This document shows, piece after piece, positions 61,094-64,000 of a stretch of 64,000 bases of DNA (its first letter is position 1; each line of letters starts with the position of its first letter). The stretch comes from Hyphomicrobium sp. Its GTDB lineage: Bacteria > Pseudomonadota > Alphaproteobacteria > Rhizobiales > Hyphomicrobiaceae. Location of the stretch: positions 22,955 through 86,954 of the forward strand of contig NZ_DATAJR010000006.1 in NCBI RefSeq assembly GCF_036262015.1. Direction: 5' to 3'. Under the pieces are notes generated by a model. The model worked only from the letters and a program-made list of their open reading frames with translations. It was not told where the DNA came from and ran no database searches. The translations under genes were made by a program, and so were the position numbers.

Positions 61094-62380
61094 ATGTCGA
61101 AACGCAGAAAGCTGAACGCAAAGGCTTCGATCATTGCGGCTTTGGGTGTTGCGCTGGCGGCTGCCCCCGCTTGGTCGGCGCCGAAGCAATTCACGTTCAG
61201 CGAGAAGGCCAACGAGCGCCTCGCGAAAAAACTCAACATCCCGATTTTTTTCACGCTTCCCAAAAGCACATGGGCACCCCTCGGTAATGCAGGATTCGAT
61301 ACGACAGACGTCCTGCTCGACTTCAGGCACCCCGATGCGATCAAGACGAATAGCGACGCGGGACTGCGCTTGGTCGTGACGCCGCGCGCCGGCATGGCTC
61401 AGCGTCTTGCCAAGAGCGGAATCTTCCAGACCGGCGACATCCTGCTGACGTTCCGCTCCGAATGGGGAGGCGCCGGCGCCTACCCCAACATCCAGATGGG
61501 CATCAGTCACACCGGCGTCGCCTACATCAAGGACGGAAAGCTACGAAACCTCGACAACCCTATGAACGAGGAATACCTCGGCAAGGGCATGAGCGCGGAC
61601 CTCACCAGCGAGCACTACCGGACTCTGAACTATATCCACGTGGTGCGGCCGCGAGACTTGAACGACGCCGAGCGCGCCAACATCCTGGCCTGGGCCACGC
61701 GCCTGAATAGTAACGCCAAGCGCGTCTATCCGAGCCAGATCAAGTTCAACGACAACTACAACGCGCCGAAGTTCAAACCCAATCACTCGTTGAATTTCGT
61801 TCAACACCTTGGGCAGATCGCGCTCGGGCAGAACCCCGCGGGCACGCTGGATCTCTACTGCTCCGAGTTCGCGTGGTCGCTGCTCGCGCTCAAGGACTGC
61901 GATCCCGGCACAACGGCCGAGGAGTTCAAGGGCACCCGTGTGCCCTCCTGTGTCAAGCCGCCGATGCGGCCGTTGGTTGCAACGGGCAACAACGTACCGA
62001 ACGAAGGCCGCTCCTCCCGCATCGGCCTCGCCGATGGGCCGCTGACCGTCATCGACGGCCTCAAGGCTCCGCTCTCGGAGCGCCGGGCGTTGCTCGAGTC
62101 GGTATTCGTCGAGAACCCGGCTGGCCTCAAGAAGATGTCGGAAGGCCACCGCAAAGTTGCGGAAGCCATGCAGCCGAAATTCGTGACTTTGAAAGACTAT
62201 TATCTCGGTGTGACGGGCGGCAACGTTCTCCAGCGCACGCGGGCCCGAATGATCAGGACGGCCTTCAACGTCGGAGTTCCGGAGAACTACTCTCCCACTT
62301 CGTACCTGCTGAACACACTGCTGCCGCCCGATAACGTCAACCGCACGATGGACTACGTTGCGACGATCGTAATCGAATGA
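61094..62380 (+). CDS. Secreted hypothetical protein with permuted papain-like (NlpC/P60, YiiX/YaeF-like) motifs
   Basis: Signal peptide; GDILL...SHTGVAY precedes LYCSEFAW (His before Cys). Confidence 0.7.
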   Translation: MSKRRKLNAKASIIAALGVALAAAPAWSAPKQFTFSEKANERLAKKLNIPIFFTLPKSTWAPLGNAGFDTTDVLLDFRHPDAIKTNSDAGLRLVVTPRAGMAQRLAKSGIFQTGDILLTFRSEWGGAGAYPNIQMGISHTGVAYIKDGKLRNLDNPMNEEYLGKGMSADLTSEHYRTLNYIHVVRPRDLNDAERANILAWATRLNSNAKRVYPSQIKFNDNYNAPKFKPNHSLNFVQHLGQIALGQNPAGTLDLYCSEFAWSLLALKDCDPGTTAEEFKGTRVPSCVKPPMRPLVATGNNVPNEGRSSRIGLADGPLTVIDGLKAPLSERRALLESVFVENPAGLKKMSEGHRKVAEAMQPKFVTLKDYYLGVTGGNVLQRTRARMIRTAFNVGVPENYSPTSYLLNTLLPPDNVNRTMDYVATIVIE

Positions 62381-62411
62381 CGGCGCAAGACTGTCTCTGT
62401 CGATGAAATGG

Positions 62412-62439
62412 GCGGACGGCGTGTGCGAACGCCGTCCGC
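62412..62439. terminator. Hairpin between convergent genes
   Basis: GCGGACGGCGT-N6-ACGCCGTCCGC. Confidence 0.6.
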
Positions 62440-62452
62440 AGCTCGTCGTGGA

Positions 62453-62746
62453 TCAAGCCTTGTTGAGCTGCCAGATGTTGACCTCAGCCGGCTTGGCGAG
62501 ATGACCCAGAAACGTCTTGAGCACCCCGGTCGAGTCGCGCCACGCCATGTAGGCCTGCTGATCCTCGATCGAATCCCATTCCTGCAGCAGCAGGAAGTTT
62601 CCGGCGTTGTCCTTTTCCGTGTGGGTCGTGCAGGATCTGCATCCCCGCGCCTTGCGCGTATCGGGAAGGATGTCGGTCAGAAAGGTCTGGAACGCATTCG
62701 GGTCCGACGGCGTGAGGCGCATGGTAACGACGATGGCATTCGACAT
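62453..62746 (-). CDS. ABM-domain (putative quinol monooxygenase-like) protein
   Basis: 97 aa; PDTRKARGC, FLLLQEWDSIEDQQAYMAWR; CAGGAGG RBS. Confidence 0.88.
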   Translation of the reverse strand: MSNAIVVTMRLTPSDPNAFQTFLTDILPDTRKARGCRSCTTHTEKDNAGNFLLLQEWDSIEDQQAYMAWRDSTGVLKTFLGHLAKPAEVNIWQLNKA

Positions 62747-62786
62747 TTGAATCCTCCTGCGGGGTAGATCGGGATGGCACTGGACT

Positions 62787-62854
62787 AATGACCATGTGGT
62801 CAATATATAGGTGCTGCGCTCGTGTGACATCAATATAATGACCATATGGTCAAC
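62787..62854. promoter_or_regulatory. Twin TetR-type operators
   Basis: AATGACCATGTGGTCAAT (62787-62804) and AATGACCATATGGTCAAC (62837-62854); palindromic cores 50 bp apart. Confidence 0.8.
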
Positions 62855-62887
62855 TAGTCGCACCCGCGCTTTGGCAGGAGATGGCCG

Positions 62888-63562
62888 ATGCACGACGCAG
62901 ACGAAGGCCCGGCAAAGCCGAAGCGGAAACGTTTGGATCCGCAACGCCGCGAAGAGGAGATTGTCGAAGGGGCCGTCCTCTACTTCTCGGAGGTGGGTTT
63001 CGACGGCAGTATGAGAGATCTGGCTGCGCGCCTCGGCATCTCGCACGCGCTGCTCTTCCGCTATTTCCCCACAAAGGACCTGCTGATCGACCGGGTTTAT
63101 GACCAGATCTATCTCGCGCGATGGAACCCGTCGTGGGACACGATGCTCGAAGACCGGTCGTTGAATTTCCCCGAACGGCTCATCCGTTTTTATTCGGACT
63201 ACCTCCGCGCCGTAGACCGGCCGGAGTGGGTGAGGACGTTCGTGTACGGCGGCCTTGCCGGCGTCAACATCAACCAGCGCTATCTGAAACTCGTCCGGCG
63301 GAAAGTGATACTTCCGGTCGCCCTCGAACTAGAGCGCCTCGTCGACGCTGGCGTCAGCGCGGAAACGCCTTCGGACGAGGCCGTCGAGTTGTCGTGGGGC
63401 TTGCATGGCGAGATCTTCTATCTCGCGATCCGGCGCTGGGTGTATGGCATTAAGGTCACCGCGGATATCGACGGTTTCGTCGCGCTGACCGTGGCGAAAT
63501 TCCTGAAAGGCGCCCCGGGGGCCCTGAAAGGGATTGCCGGTGCTCGGGGTCGCAAAGCGTGA
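62888..63562 (+). CDS. TetR/AcrR family transcriptional regulator
   Basis: FSEVGFDGSMRDLAARLGISHALLFRYFPTKDLL HTH; AGGAG RBS. Confidence 0.93.
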   Translation: MHDADEGPAKPKRKRLDPQRREEEIVEGAVLYFSEVGFDGSMRDLAARLGISHALLFRYFPTKDLLIDRVYDQIYLARWNPSWDTMLEDRSLNFPERLIRFYSDYLRAVDRPEWVRTFVYGGLAGVNINQRYLKLVRRKVILPVALELERLVDAGVSAETPSDEAVELSWGLHGEIFYLAIRRWVYGIKVTADIDGFVALTVAKFLKGAPGALKGIAGARGRKA

Positions 63563-63584
63563 AGCTGTACGCGGCAGACGTCGC

Positions 63585-64000
63585 CTACTTCTGCTGCTCG
63601 ACCGTCTCTTCGCTCGTCACCATCCGCCAGAACGCCGCCATCTTCGCTGCGTCGTGATACTCTTCGAGGCGCGCAATCTTGCGCCCGCGATAGGTCACGA
63701 TCTGCCGGTAGGTGCCGGAGAGCACGTGTCCCGTCCGACGGTGGCGGATATAGGCTTCGACGCTAGCCCGGCCGAGTCCGTCCTCGAATTGAAAGTGATC
63801 CGTCGCCGTCGCGCTTTCGGCGACAGATACGATTGATCTGAGGAAGGTGCGGAGAGACTGCTTGCCTTCGATAATGTGCGGGATGCCGTCTAGAGATCCA
63901 GCATTGCACCAATAGATCACGTCGTCGGTAAAATGCGCCAACATCGCCTCGATATCGCCCCGGCTCCAGGCGTTGTGACTTGAATCAATAATTTCGCGCG
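63585..64000 (-). CDS. NTF2-like/SnoaL-like protein (partial, start outside the window)
   Basis: Frame open from 63998 (REIIDSSHNAWSRGDIEAMLAHFTDDVIY...GRKIARLEEYHD). Confidence 0.85.
   Translation of the reverse strand, partial: REIIDSSHNAWSRGDIEAMLAHFTDDVIYWCNAGSLDGIPHIIEGKQSLRTFLRSIVSVAESATATDHFQFEDGLGRASVEAYIRHRRTGHVLSGTYRQIVTYRGRKIARLEEYHDAAKMAAFWRMVTSEETVEQQK

Overview
A GC-rich (roughly 63-65% by eye) alphaproteobacterial chromosome segment. Gene content and order suggest Hyphomicrobiales, probably Hyphomicrobium-like (inference). It is mostly core genes: sdhCDA, ethylmalonyl-CoA-pathway mch and an Mcl2-like CoA-ester enzyme, pyridoxal kinase, nhaA, SulP with beta-carbonic anhydrase, ccmABCDG, acnA, htpX, an rsmB-like methyltransferase, purH, thpR, tesA with ybbAP, a Bax-inhibitor-1/YbhL gene, dcp, acs, the hemC-hemD-mic60-hemY cluster and tsaD-gpsA-EVE-METTL20. 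tRNA-Thr(CGT) and tRNA-Ser(GGA) point toward each other around an accessory-looking 5.8 kb stretch. I saw no rRNA, CRISPR array, transposase or integrase. The best unexplained signals are: (1) small genes beside tRNA-Thr, two with exact sigma-EcfG-type promoters (GGAAC-N16/17-CGTT), one with a near match, plus a 59-aa ORF missed by the ORF track; (2) a secreted protein with permuted papain-like NlpC/P60 motifs; (3) a terminator-ended, C-rich structured RNA candidate upstream of dcp; (4) a 105-bp CTAG-bounded palindromic mini-element in two full copies and one decayed core, one copy supplying a gene's stop codon; (5) an HxlR-MFS cassette splitting mcl2 from mch; (6) a TetR/ABM divergon with twin operators; (7) an unknown gene where sdhB is expected. 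No database searches were run; family calls come from motif and sequence recognition.
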